Assembly: GCA_977016875.1 (NCBI GenBank)
Contig: CDRNST010000188.1
Location: 620,001-684,000 of the forward strand
DNA length: 64,000 nucleotides
Source of the DNA: Pavona decussata
Lineage: Eukaryota
Reading direction: 5' to 3'
The notes beneath the pieces were generated by a model that did no database searches, was not told the origin of the DNA, and worked only from the letters and a program-made list of their open reading frames with translations. Each line of letters starts with the position of its first letter. Position 1 is the stretch's first letter. Shown here in pieces: positions 25,200 to 37,563 of the stretch. The translations under genes were made by a program, and so were the position numbers.

Positions 25200-25619
25200 C
25201 CCCGGTACTTGGGTTAAGTTTTGCTGGGTATGTGCCGCTGGCCTCTCAGAGCCCCTGCCCCATTATAGTCTATTTTGTGGCCAGTTATAGACCCCATCTT
25301 AGTCACTTTTTGGGAAAATGTAATTTTCGCGATCCCAACTAAGTCACTTTCTATTTATGCATCTACTTTCAAGAACGGAATGTAATGCGAGGTGATTGTT
25401 ACATTTAATAAACAACAACTTTCTGAACTTTTTAACCGAGACCATTTTGAATCCCTACTTAATAGAATTTTCTCACCCCAAAAATCCGAAAATGTGCGAC
25501 CCCATTCTAGTAACTCTATGGAAAATGCGACCCCATTCTAGTCAATCCAGTCGTGAAAATGCGACCCCATCCAGCGGCACATCCCCATTAGCCTCTTATA
25601 AGGAAGTAACCCCCCTGGG
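25200..25619. mobile_element. MITE with 8-bp TSD (related to 6728-7184)
   Basis: ccccggtact...agtaacccccctggg; perfect TSD atcaggac at 25192-25199 and 25620-25627. Confidence 0.85.
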
Positions 25620-25697
25620 ATCAGGACAATGGCGACAATACGGTAAATGATGTTTTCCGATGTTGATTTGCTTTTTACAAATAGTTTAAGTGATGAT

Positions 25698-25759
25698 TAA
25701 TCTCGTACCCAGATCTCCTCACATTTCGACATTCCCGAACCGATCGGGGTACGAGATTA
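25698..25759. mobile_element. 62-bp mini-MITE with 9-bp TSD
   Basis: TIR taatctcgtaccc / gggtacgagatta; TSD agtgatgat on both sides. Confidence 0.85.
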
Positions 25760-26739
25760 AGTGATGATTTGAACCAGAATTCTGTAACTTCTGTAATTTT
25801 CATCGCAAACGTGCCCGAATTTACTGCGAGTGATCGCTTTGAACAAACACGGAGTGTCTTTAAATTTTACATGCGTGTTTGCACGCACGCAAAAAAAAAA
25901 CTGAAAGTTTTTTGCCTCTAATAGCAAATGCATGGTTTATTTCAATAAAATATTTTGTTGGAAAAGCTTTTTGTTGATTTTTGTGTCTTTGTCAATTCAT
26001 ATATGCGTTTGAGAAGCGACAGATGCGTAATCAAGGACAATTTGCATAAGCGGGTTGAAATTTGATATGCCAAAGGTCTTCATCAACATGCTGTGAGTTT
26101 TAGCAATTTTTGCGTTCAAGTGTGTTTTTCGGCAAATGATTAATAGGAAACGATATTATTTTACGTCAGAAAACATTTGTTTAATCATTCCAGTTTAATA
26201 TGCAGTTAATTTTGGAAGCCAACGATATTTATTTATCTACTGCGCATTTTAAACCGCTCTAGGAAAAAGTTAATTTATGCGAAAACTATGGAAACAGGAC
26301 AGGAATCAAAGGGTTAAAGAATGATACTTGCCATTCATAAGTTCAGTATAGATTAATTAATAGTTTCTGTTACATTTTATGCCCAGGTTTCAGATTAGAA
26401 CTTTGCTTTCAGTACTTTATGTTTAGAACTTTGCTGCATTGCTTTCAGTACAAAGTTGTGGTTCACGTTGTAAGATTATATAATGTATTGTTTATGTTAG
26501 AATAAAGTTACAGTTCTCTTCTTACAAAATGTTTGTGGTAAACGATACCAGCTTAATCTCAATCTCACCAGTATTCTGTGCAACATTTTTACAACCATTT
26601 TTTTTATCTCTATCCTATTTCCACTCTTCCCTCTTCGTTTTCATTTCAGTCTTATTTCCCTTTTCTTCAATTCTTTTATATCACATTTCTATACCAGTAC
26701 TGCAGTAGACACATGCAGTCTGAGACTGCCTATTTTTAA

Positions 26740-28640
26740 TATTCTCTAATGTTGCGCGAGGACTGTGTCAAATTTTAACAAGTGTTGTCGTAGAAACAGA
26801 GAATTCAGTTGGGTCCTCATGCCGTACAGAGATTTCGAATTTTGTTTTTCGTTCATTTGATTTCTCGAGGAAAAATTTTAGCTGGCCGATAGTAGCTTAA
26901 TCACTTACTGTTTGTAAAATTCACGAGTCATACTCATACAAAGTAGAATGTAAAAAGTTCAAGAAATTGTTTCATCACTTTCTTTTACACTGAAATGTTC
27001 CGACGAATAAAATGTCCGAAAATATTTTCGTCCGACCAGCAACATAGCCAGAAAATTTCGATTATGTTTAGGTAAATGTGCAAATGCGCATGCGCTAACT
27101 GTAAGCGGCGAACTGAATGGCCAACCGTATGACTCCATTCGCCATGATTACAAATTGACCAATTCAATCTGCGAGTTTTTGAAATTCGTTGGAACAACAT
27201 CGGCTGTAAAATCTACAATCGTGTAGGAGTTATCTTTGATGCACTCTTCACTTTGTTGTTTTGTGTTCAGTTGTTTTTGGTCGCCATATCTCCTGTACGA
27301 TTGTTGTGTTGTGAACTTCAACTGTCCAAGCGAAACTGTTTTCAATGAATTTAACATGAGTGATTTGTTGTATCCCCTCAGAGTGTTAAGTCCGAAATTT
27401 CGAGAAAAAACGTCCGAGATGTGCCAAGAAATCGTCCGAAAGTTTTTAGTCCATAGTGTATCCAATTTTCGGACGAATATTTTTTGTTACTGAACGTTTT
27501 CCTAATGGAAGGAACGGGCAGTGCCAGCGTTTGTTGTTTGCTTCGTTGGATAAGCATGATAATGGCAGTCTCGCACCCTTGTGGGGCGGCTCACTAAGAA
27601 GATTATGATAAATTTTGGGTCCACTGGTGAGTCTGAGTCTGACCAAGTCAACATTACAAATTGACTTTAGAATTTCTGTCATAGCACATTGTAATTACAT
27701 ACTGCAGATACTATACTGTTGCTTATACATAAGACTTATTGGAATTCTGATTACTAGCGCTTTTACTATAGCTAATATATGTTTCGATTGTTCTTGTATT
27801 TTTATTTTGTATCTGACGGAAATACAGAAACTTATTCTTCCCGTAATCAGCTCTTTCAGCTCAAAGCCTGGAACTAAACGTATTCCTCAGAAGGTAATGT
27901 TCGAAATCCTGATAGATTTTACTACCCGATGTGATAGTCAAAATGTCTGAATTTATCTCGCTAAAGCTTGCACCACTTCTTGATAAACAATTTTTCAGCA
28001 AACTTGAGGGCTCTGGTTTATAGCTAAAGGGTGCTTTTCCGTTATATTCTTTTGGCCCTACATTATAACTTTGACTTTATCTCAGTAGTGTTTATATTGG
28101 GGTTGTACTCTATTCTGCGCATGTATTTCCTATGCGTTCTGAACAGTGTTTTCTGTTCTCGTATTTTCGCATTGTAAGCATGCGTGGCCGTGGAAATTCA
28201 TTCTTTTTGTTTTTCATTCACAGATCTCTTGGCGAGTCCAGTGAAACGTAACTTCAAGAATTCCAGATTCACCACACTTTCTCCCGACGTTGAACCGGAG
28301 CAACGCTGGACGTCAAGTTTTATAGTACGGAGGAATTTTATTCCATGGACGAAGCTCGTTACGACTTCTAAGGTACGCGAGAAGTAGCTAATTATAGCTG
28401 GAGCCCTTCGGAAATCAGAACACAGTCAAAACGTACACTAGCACAAGTTTATTATATCTCCAGAAATAATCAAGATGTAACTAATGTTTACAATTAATTT
28501 CCTTACGTACTGCATGCTGTATGGGTACGTGATACTTCACGACATCTAAAAAAACCTAACCTGAAACAATTTCCTGACAGTCCTAGGAACGTTTGCTTCT
28601 ACGACATAACAGATCTGGTAAGAAATAACACACACAGCAA
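26740..28640 (+). repeat. Intergenic block present three times (also ~33320-35125 and ~39905-41815)
   Basis: Near-identical to 39905-41815 (the same spurious ORFs recur in the ORF track); more diverged copy at 33320-35125. Confidence 0.9.
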
Positions 28641-29071
28641 GGCGACATACCTTATTTAAACATGCCACTCTCACTCTCACAAATCTTATTAGAAAGAGTC
28701 CCACTCGTGGTACTGTTTTAAAGGAGAAATGCTCTTTGTGTTTTTTTCTTCATCCATTTCCGATGTTGACAACCATCTCCCTTCAAATGTAAATTTATGA
28801 AAGGAAATGTTATTAATAATTAACAGCTTTTTTCTCTCCCCCAAACATAATTTCGTTTACTAAAAGGGGTGTCTTCATGCAATCTTTAAAGAGATCTTAA
28901 ACAAACAACGAAAAAAAAATTACCGAGAAAATAGAGAATTATGTATTTGGTGCCGTGGAGGCATTGAGGCCTTCAAGGCCCTATTTTAAGTCTGGGTCTG
29001 GACTAAATCTGCTTACAATCTCAGTCGCTTTGAACTTAACTGATCTTCGCCTCTAGAGACAAATGACATAA

Positions 29072-30043
29072 TTACGAAATCGGGATTAAAACATTGGATG
29101 TCTCCTTCATCCAGAATTGTATTTCTTCTGCTGTATTCTCTAATGTTTGGTAAACCTCTTCAGCGCTTGGTCGATCATCTTCGTTGCAGTGCAAAGCTTT
29201 CAGAGTTGCACTTTGCATTTGTTTTGACCCTTGCGCTCGACTTGAAAATTTAGTTTTGATGCTTGGTAATACTACCATTGCAAACCCAAGGGCATCTTTC
29301 CCTCCAAAATGTGAAGGAGCGAACGCACCATAATACTTTTCTTCGCCAATCGTGACAAAATCCCGCTCCAGGATCGCAAAAAAGAGCGCACCAAGGGAGA
29401 AGACATCGGCTTTTTCTGTGTAACGGCCCTTGAAAACTTCAGGTGCCATCCAGTATGGAGTACCAATTTTTGAGTTCATGTAGTATTTTGTATAGCTGCC
29501 CGGCCATGGATCCTCGCCTAGTGGAGTGTTGATTTTGAGTGCGAGGTACTCTCGAGCCAGGCCAAAGTCGGCTAATTTAACATCCTCAGCCGAGGTCAAG
29601 AGCACATTTTCAGCTTTCAAATGTCGGTGAACCACTTCTTGTGAGTGAAGGAAGGCAAGCGCTGCTGCACATTGTTTCATCCATTTGAAGTTTACTAAGT
29701 TACTACTCGGTCGAGCCAGGCGTTTGTTTAAATTGCCACCAGCGCAATACTCGGTCAAAATCAGCATGTTGAGACCTTCAGAACTACGGTATTGATCTGC
29801 TCCTATCACTTCGATCAAATTCTCATGAGTGACTTGATTCAATGTTTGAACTTCGCGAATAGCATTGCAAATTCGCGATTGATTTACGCACAGGACATAT
29901 TTTAACGCGAACTCTATGGACGTCCTGTCGTTTGTAACTTTGTACACGACACCGAAAGCCCCCTCGCCAAGTTTCTGCCCAACTGTGTACACTTCATCTT
30001 CAACTTCAACCTTTGTCAGCTCGCTCTGCACTACTTGCATCAT
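29072..30043 (-). CDS. K5: intact-ORF pseudokinase (HRD to HRH), no CaaX
   Basis: 323-aa ORF; catalytic loop HRHLKAEN (CAT codon at 29621-29623); DFG and APE intact; ends VLIPIS*. Confidence 0.85.
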   Translation of the reverse strand: MMQVVQSELTKVEVEDEVYTVGQKLGEGAFGVVYKVTNDRTSIEFALKYVLCVNQSRICNAIREVQTLNQVTHENLIEVIGADQYRSSEGLNMLILTEYCAGGNLNKRLARPSSNLVNFKWMKQCAAALAFLHSQEVVHRHLKAENVLLTSAEDVKLADFGLAREYLALKINTPLGEDPWPGSYTKYYMNSKIGTPYWMAPEVFKGRYTEKADVFSLGALFFAILERDFVTIGEEKYYGAFAPSHFGGKDALGFAMVVLPSIKTKFSSRAQGSKQMQSATLKALHCNEDDRPSAEEVYQTLENTAEEIQFWMKETSNVLIPIS

Positions 30044-30127
30044 TATTACTCTGTTTATCAGACAGTATTGACTCTTCTTGTACCAGGGAAGAGAATAAAT
30101 GTCATCAGTCGTTTATTGGCTTCGTAA

Positions 30128-30240
30128 AGCGGAAGTGTGGTTTCTAAGAAAACGCTCTCTGTTTTCTAAGAAAACTGGCGGGGGAGGAATAGGGGTGGGG
30201 GAGATTGTGAGTTGTGCGGGGAGGGGCAGGGTGGGTAGTT
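30128..30240 (-). promoter_or_regulatory. K5 proximal promoter: ETS CGGAAGTG, tandem GAS, G-rich tract
   Basis: TTCTAAGAA at 30142-30150 and 30164-30172 (13-bp spacer). Confidence 0.6.
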
Positions 30241-31216
30241 GTATGGTTTTTACGGCGAGGCCTGGACAGTCGTAGTTTTGCAGCTTCGATCAATCTGTTG
30301 GTTAGGGAATTTAATATTACCAATCGGTTATTCGTTTCGCCAATCGGGAGAGTGGTTTGTCAGTGAATAAAAAGCTCTCGTTTTATCTGGCGGGGGAAAG
30401 ATGGAGGTGTGGGTACTATGAGGTGTGAGGGGAGAGGTGAGTGAGTAGTTGTAAGATTTTAAACCGAGGTTGTGATAGTCGTAGCTTTGTAGCTTCAATC
30501 AACAGATTGGTCATACAGTCCCTAAACTGATCGAGTAATCATCCATGAGCATATCGGCGCAGCTTTTTTCAAGCCGGTCATAGAACTAGCTAAAATCCTT
30601 TCGGACTATGTGGGTTGATCAGCTTGTCCAAAATGCATAGTTTTCTGATGAAAACAAAAGGCTTCAAGGAACTTCCAGGAAAGCCCCCCACCGCTACAAG
30701 ATATTTGATTAAGGAGACGGTTGAATTAAGTCAAGCGTTTTTTGAGTTAGTGCTGTTAAAATACTACCACCTATGCCTTATACAAGTTTATTGATCTGGA
30801 AACATGCAAGTTATAAAATAATACGAAATGTTCTTTTTAGTTTTGCATTGTCAACGTCTTTTACATCGCCAGGAAAGCATTGAACATTGTTAGTAATTTC
30901 ACCCAGTTAGCATTTCAATTTTAAACTTTACATGGGATACACTTGTCACTTCTCGAATCCGAAGACCCCTCCTGTGAAAGAGTAGGTGACTGTGTAATCT
31001 ACCCACGTGAGAAAAAATATCAATTTGTTTGAACAATATATTTTTCAGTTTTGGGGAAGGGGCTCCCGGACTTGGGTAACTGCGTTTGGATTTATCCAAC
31101 TAAACGCCAAGTGAAAACTGTGGTACCTTATCTGATTAATCTGCACCGAACCCAACGAAGCTATGTGTAATTTAAATCTATCGACGTAAGGTCTGCCGAG
31201 AGCTTCTGTTAACCAG

Positions 31217-32049
31217 GGGCCGGTTCCTGAAAGGTGTGATAACTCTATTCCAAGGATAAGTGTGCCTTATTCCAGGAATAAATTTATCCCCGGAATAAAT
31301 TCTGTTCCTGGAAGAGGGAATAGCACTTTTCAGGGAATAAATCTGGGATAAATTTATTACACCTCGCGAGGTGGCGTGATAAATCGCTATTCCAGGGATA
31401 AATCTACAAAAACAAGATGGCCGACATGTTGTTTGGTTGTCTTGCTGATGCAAGACGAGCCAGACCGCGGTGTTTTAGGCTTTTTAGTGCACATTTAGAT
31501 GAATACTTAAGCGAGAAAGACATCAAGTCAAGATTCCGTTTTGGTAGACTCCATAAATTACCTTGCCGATTTGTTTGCGATGATCTAGCGAGAAACACCG
31601 CTCGAAATCACGCACTTTCCCCACTCGTTCAAGTTCTTGTAGCCTTACGTTTCTTCGCACTTGGAAGTTTCCTAGAGGTAATTGGCGATACATTCGGGCT
31701 ACCAAAATCCACGGTCTCGCGATGCATAACTGCAGTATCACAGGCTTTGTATTTCCCTGTATTTTTTCCCGCGAACTATTTTTAGTAGCAGCTCACGGCT
31801 GGTTCGCAGACAAATGTACAGACAAATGTATGGAAAGTTCGAAACACGACTGGACGCTTTCTGTCACAGCTACATCCCTCCAATTTTGTTCTTAAAATCC
31901 TTTTTCTAGTGCCAAAAGTTTCCAATTCATGAATTTTTCAGAAGTGATGTTTTATGAAAATTATTTGACATCGGATTTCCATACAAACACTCTTATTTCA
32001 AGCCTGTTTGCCTATCCGTCAAAATGGCGTCGAAAACCATGATAAGGCC

Positions 32050-32050
<1 letters not shown>
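31217..32050 (+). mobile_element. Truncated PIF/Harbinger transposon with HARBI1-like transposase N-terminus (31417-31785)
   Basis: Left end gggccggttcctgaaag after cag; ORF SRFRF...[40 protein letters not shown]; right end not found. Confidence 0.85.
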
Positions 32051-32636
<586 letters not shown>

Positions 32637-32891
32637 TGTGTCAGTGACTTGCGCTCTTTGGACGTGAATGTTTTCGACGAAAATATAAAAAAAAAATTGT
32701 TGTATTAGTTGCGCGCTTATTCTACGGTGAGAAAGGATTTCTTAGAAAAGCGCGCATGTACCTTATTAGCATATTTCAACCGCTTTTCCTACAATTTCCA
32801 ATTGCCTACTTGCCCAGCCTCCCTGGTGCTTAGTCAGCTGTCGCAAATTGTATGCAGTAATGACAAACAGTAAAATGTAAATATTACCCAT

Positions 32892-33199
32892 TGTTTTGGA
32901 CAATTCGTCCTTGTTTTTGCTGACATTGACATTTCTATATTTCTACTCTTTATTGTTGTATTTTTACATGTTAGCCGCGCGCGCTCTTAGCCTTGCGCCG
33001 CGCGAGGACTGGACATTAGTTAATTTAAGTCGCGCGTTCCGCGCGCAAGATGGCGCGTGGAATGACATAGACAGGTTTTGAGTTTTTTTTGCTTTTCGCC
33101 TCAAAGACAGTGTTCTCTTGTTGCTGGAAAAACAGTGTTTTGTGCTTCCAGTCTTGCCGGAAGCGATTGCCATTAAAAGCCAAGAAATCGTTAAAAACA
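32892..33199. mobile_element. Solo LTR
   Basis: TGTTTT...AAAACA termini, perfect 5-bp TSD cccat, absent from paralogous sites (~24920, ~39785). Confidence 0.8.
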
Positions 33200-34733
33200 C
33201 CCATATATAGGTGGACGTGGATGTACGATTTTAATGCGTTTTAATGATTTTCCTGAAGTCTCCGGTATAACTAGTAAAAGGTCTCGTCGCGTCAGGAATA
33301 TTGAGAGGTTTTTTTTTAATTCTGTAATGTTGCGTGACCACTGCATGGCTCAAATTTAAGCAAGTGTTCTCATAGAAACAGAGAATTTAGTTAGGTCCAC
33401 ATGGGATACAGAGATTTCGAATTTTGTTTTTGATTCATTTGTTTTCTCGATGAGAAACTGTAGTTGGCCAATCAAAGCTTCTCACTTGCGCAAAATTGTG
33501 CGGACCCAGTTCACTGTGTTCATACAAAGTGGACTATAAAAGTTTAAGAAATTGTTTCTTCGCTTTCTTTTACACAAAAAAGGGTTTCGATGAATAAAAA
33601 TGTCTGAAAATATTTTCGTCCGACCAGCAACATGGCCAGAACATTTCGATTATGTTTAGGTAAATGTGCAAATGCGCGTGCGGTAACTGTCAGCCGGGCT
33701 TACGAAACTGAATGCCCACTGATATGACTCCATTCGCCAGGAAAACAAGTGACCTATTCAAACTGCGAGTTTTTTAAATTCGTTGAAGCAACATTGTTTA
33801 TAATTACTACAATCGTGTAGGAGTTTTCTTTGATGCAGTCTTCACTTTGTTGTTTTGTGTCCAGTTGTTTTTGGTCGCAATATCTCCTGGCGATTGTCGT
33901 GATTAGTCCGAAGTTTATCCAATCGTCGGACAAATAATTTCCGTTTCTGAACATTTTCACAATTAAAGGAACGGGTTTTTCATGCACTTAAAAAACCTAG
34001 AGTGCCAGCGCTTGTCGTTGGATATGCATGGTAGTAGAAATCTCGCACCCTTGTACGGCGGCTCACTAAGAAAATTATGATAAATTTTTCGGTTACGTCC
34101 ACTGGTGAGCCTGAGTCTGACCAAGTCAACATATATTACAAACTGACGTTAGAATGTCTGTCATAGCACATTGTAATTACATACTGCAAATACTATACTG
34201 TTGCTTATACATAAGTGTTACTGGAATTCTAATTACTAGCGCTTTTACTAATATATGTTTCGATTATTCTTGTATTTTGATTTCCTATCTGTCGGAAATA
34301 CAGAAACTTATTCTTCGCGTAATCAGCTCTTTCAGCTCAAAGCCTGAAATAAACGCATACCTTAGAAGGTAATGATGGAAGTCCTGATAGATTTTACTAC
34401 CCGTTGTGATTGTCAAAAATGTCTGAATTTATCTCGCTAGAGCTTGCACCACTTCTTGATAAACGATTTTTCAGCAAACCTGAGGGCTCTGGTTTATAGC
34501 TAAAGGGTGCTTTTCCTTTTGGCCCTACATTATAACTTTCGCTTTATCTCAGTAGTGTTCTACATATATTCAGGTTGTTCTCTGTTCTTCGCATGTATTT
34601 CTTACTCGTTCTGAACAGTGTTTTCTGTTCTCGTGAGTTTGCATTGTGAGCATGCGTGGCCGTGGAAATTCATTCTTTTTGTTTTTCATTCACAGATATC
34701 TTGTCGAGTCCAGTAAAACGAAACTTCAAGAAT

Positions 34734-34894
34734 AGCCCTTTTCACGGTTAACTCTGCTCATTTGAATTACAATGGAATCTAGCATGTATGTGAGGCAATT
34801 TCGGGCTATTTTGTAGTTTTAGCCCCAAATTGCCTCGCATCCACGTTGGATAACATCGTAATGCAAATGAGAAAAATCAACCGTGAAAAGAACT
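34734..34894. mobile_element. Palindromic MITE with AT target duplication
   Basis: at|agcccttttcacggtt...aaccgtgaaaagaact|at; empty site cttcaagaattccag at ~28253 and ~41423. Confidence 0.8.
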
Positions 34895-35125
34895 ATTGCA
34901 GAATCACCACCTTTTCTTTTGACGTTGAGCCAGAGCAACGCTGGACGTCAAGTTTTATAGTTAAGTAAGAAGGAATTTAATTCCATGGACGAAGCTCGTT
35001 CCGACTTCTAAAGTACGCGAGAACTAGCTAGTTATAACTGGAGTTTGTCGGAAAGCAGAACACAGTCAAAACGTACACCAGCACAAGATGTAACTAATTA
35101 ATGTTTACGAAATTAATTTCCTTAA

Positions 35126-36352
35126 AGGAGAAGGTCATTCCAAAATGGCACCTTTTATCCTTTCATCAATAGAAAGGTAATGTAAACATTAGCTTTTTAC
35201 CGAAGTTTCAGCCTCCAAAGAGCTTTCTATCCTTATGAAATCCTTGTTCAAAGTAGGCCAAAAATCGTGCACGGTCGCCGCTATTTTGGAATGTATTTAG
35301 CAGCCTGGCGATGCTTGCGTGACGCCATTGAGTTTAACCTGAAGTTTAGCGGGAAGCTTGAACACTCGACTCGTTCTTTTGCAGTTATGCCTTTTTGTTC
35401 AGCACCGTATTGCTCAAATAGATCTCAAAGGGACAGCAAAAAGGTATTTCGTTCCATCGTTTACCAGTAAAAAGAAAAAACTTGGCAAAGCAGTGGGCGA
35501 GACAAAAAGTTTTTGCCAAAAGAAGAACACTTGCATGTTTGTTCCGATCACTTTACTGATGACTGTTTTGAAGTGGACCACCGACATAATCTCCTCGGTT
35601 GTAAAACTCGCAAAAGAAAGAAAAAACCAGACGCAGTTGCAACTATTATGTAAGGTTTCATATTCAGCAATGATTACACCCACACACAAAAGAAATAAAT
35701 AAACGAAATAGAAAACAGAGCAAGAACTCGTCGTATCCTGATACTGGTTGACAAAGTACCTTTAAGCTTGTTTTCTGACTTCGGTTCTTCAACACAACAA
35801 ACGCACTCTCTTGCGGTCTTCCGCACTTCGCATCTTCCGCACAAGCACCAATTTGAGTTTAAAAGTCTTTCTGCACCCTCGTTTTCGTTATCAGAGCCAT
35901 TGTTTCCTTGGTCAACGTTGCCTATGTAGGCAACGTTGACCAAGGAAACAATGGCTCTGTGTGTACTCTGCATGTACACGCTCGGGCTCGAAACGATACG
36001 GCTCAGCCATTTTCTCCAAACTCGCCCAAATTGCCTTGGTAGGTCCCGGAATCCATCCACAAAACGGCTAGAGAGACAACTTCACTCGTGTGCCTTTAAG
36101 TCTGCTACACAGCATGTTTGGCGACTCAGTCAGCATGAAACCACCACTAACCTCTGTTTTCTTTCAGAGGCTTGCACCTACCCACATTCCAGCTTAATGA
36201 TGCCAGAATGGGGGCTTCTGCAGAGGAAAATGGCTTGAAAAACACTTATAAAGCGACGATTTTACCAGATTCGTGCTCGTGCACTCGCTCGAAACAAGCA
36301 ACAACTGTCACTTGCATCAAGTGACAACTAGCCTGAGCCCACAGTTCCTTAA
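35126..36352. mobile_element. Internally deleted Kolobok-type transposon (THAP fragment on +, KolX/P2X7-ballast-like fragment on -)
   Basis: Starts TTAA|AGG; frameshifted THAP 35387-35653 (CSAPYC..SFHRLP..W..VCSDHF..DCF..PDAV); minus-strand MAEPYRFEPE (ATG 36010)...WCLCGRC..T.RECVCC.E; right end uncertain. Confidence 0.75.
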
Positions 36353-36609
36353 GACTGCAGATATTTTTATTTCATCTCCATTTATGGAGAAATTGAGTGG
36401 TTCAGTCTATTTATTGCCAAAAAGTCATTGAAAAAATAGCACAAACCTAGGATTCAAAGGGTTAACATGCCGCTTGAATTGATTATGACTAATCAATTAA
36501 GTGTTTTTACGTCAAGAATCAACCACCTCTACTTCCCCTATTTGAACAAATTTTGATTTATTCAATAGATTCTTGAATAAACAAAAAGGCTAGGAATCTA
36601 TCCAATTGG

Positions 36610-36980
36610 TATCCAAATGTGGAGAATGTTTCATAGAGTTTAGTATGTTAAAATTAACAAATTACTAAATGAATACAATGACAAAAGACATTCAAGTATA
36701 AAGATGACACCTGTCCAAGCAAGTCCGAAAGAAAAATGAGAGTGTTGTTTATAAAAATCTGTACGGCGATCTAATTTACCCAAAACCAAAAGCGCTAAAT
36801 TTTCAGTCGCTGATTTAGTATGTATTTCCTAATACAAGCGAAAAATCTTTGATAAAGGATATGAGAGTAATGGTCAGGAGGAATTCAAAATATCACAAAT
36901 ATTGTCTACAAACCCAATAACTTACCGATTAGTCGATTTGATGGGAGAAGAAATTAAAGAAGCTTTTATGAAGAATAGAT
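36610..36980 (+). mobile_element. Polinton/Maverick-type integrase C-terminal fragment (degenerate)
   Basis: LLNEYNDKRHSSIKMTPVQAS / VYKNLY / IS*YKRKIFDKGY..N..EEFKISQILSTNPITYRLVDLMGEEIK, read across frameshifts. Confidence 0.75.
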
Positions 36981-37563
36981 TCAAATCTATATCAATCCAT
37001 ATTTCGAATTTAAAAAGTTATTCTTTAAGATTTGAAGAAAAGCCGAGCGCTCGTCAAATGGAGCGGTTATATTCAGATATTTAATTCGTGGGTTTCACTG
37101 AAATATTTGAAAGAACTATGAAAAACTGATTTACATAAGAGAGCGACATACCTTATTTAAACATGTCCCCCTCACTCTCACAAATCTTATATCATTCGTT
37201 TTCAGTTGAAAACAATAATTATAGAAAGAGTCCCACGCGTGGTACTTTTTTTTGTAAGAGAAATGCTCTTTGTGTTTTTTTCTTCATCTATTTCCGATGT
37301 TGACAACCACCTCTTTCAATTGTAAATTTATGATAGGAAATGTTATTAATTATTAACAGCTTTTTTCTCTCCTCCAAACATAATTTCATTTACTAAAAGG
37401 AGTGTCTTCATAACTCTTCATGCAATCTTTAAAAGGATTGGTTCCGTGGAGGCATTGAGGCCTTCAAGGCCCTATCTTAAGTCTGGGTCTGGACTAAATC
37501 TGCTTACAATCTCAGTTGCTTTGAACTTAACTGATCTTCGGCTCTGAAGACAAATTGACATAA

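Noticed and set aside
26985-28387. ORFs repeated at 27 kb, 34 kb and 40-41 kb that look conserved
   Set aside because: Recurrence reflects recent DNA duplication; frames break in the diverged 33-35 kb copy and no recognisable protein motif was found
35674-36060. Host P2RX7-like or THAP gene
   Set aside because: Frameshifted fragments inside an insertion absent from the paralogous sites; better explained as a Kolobok relic
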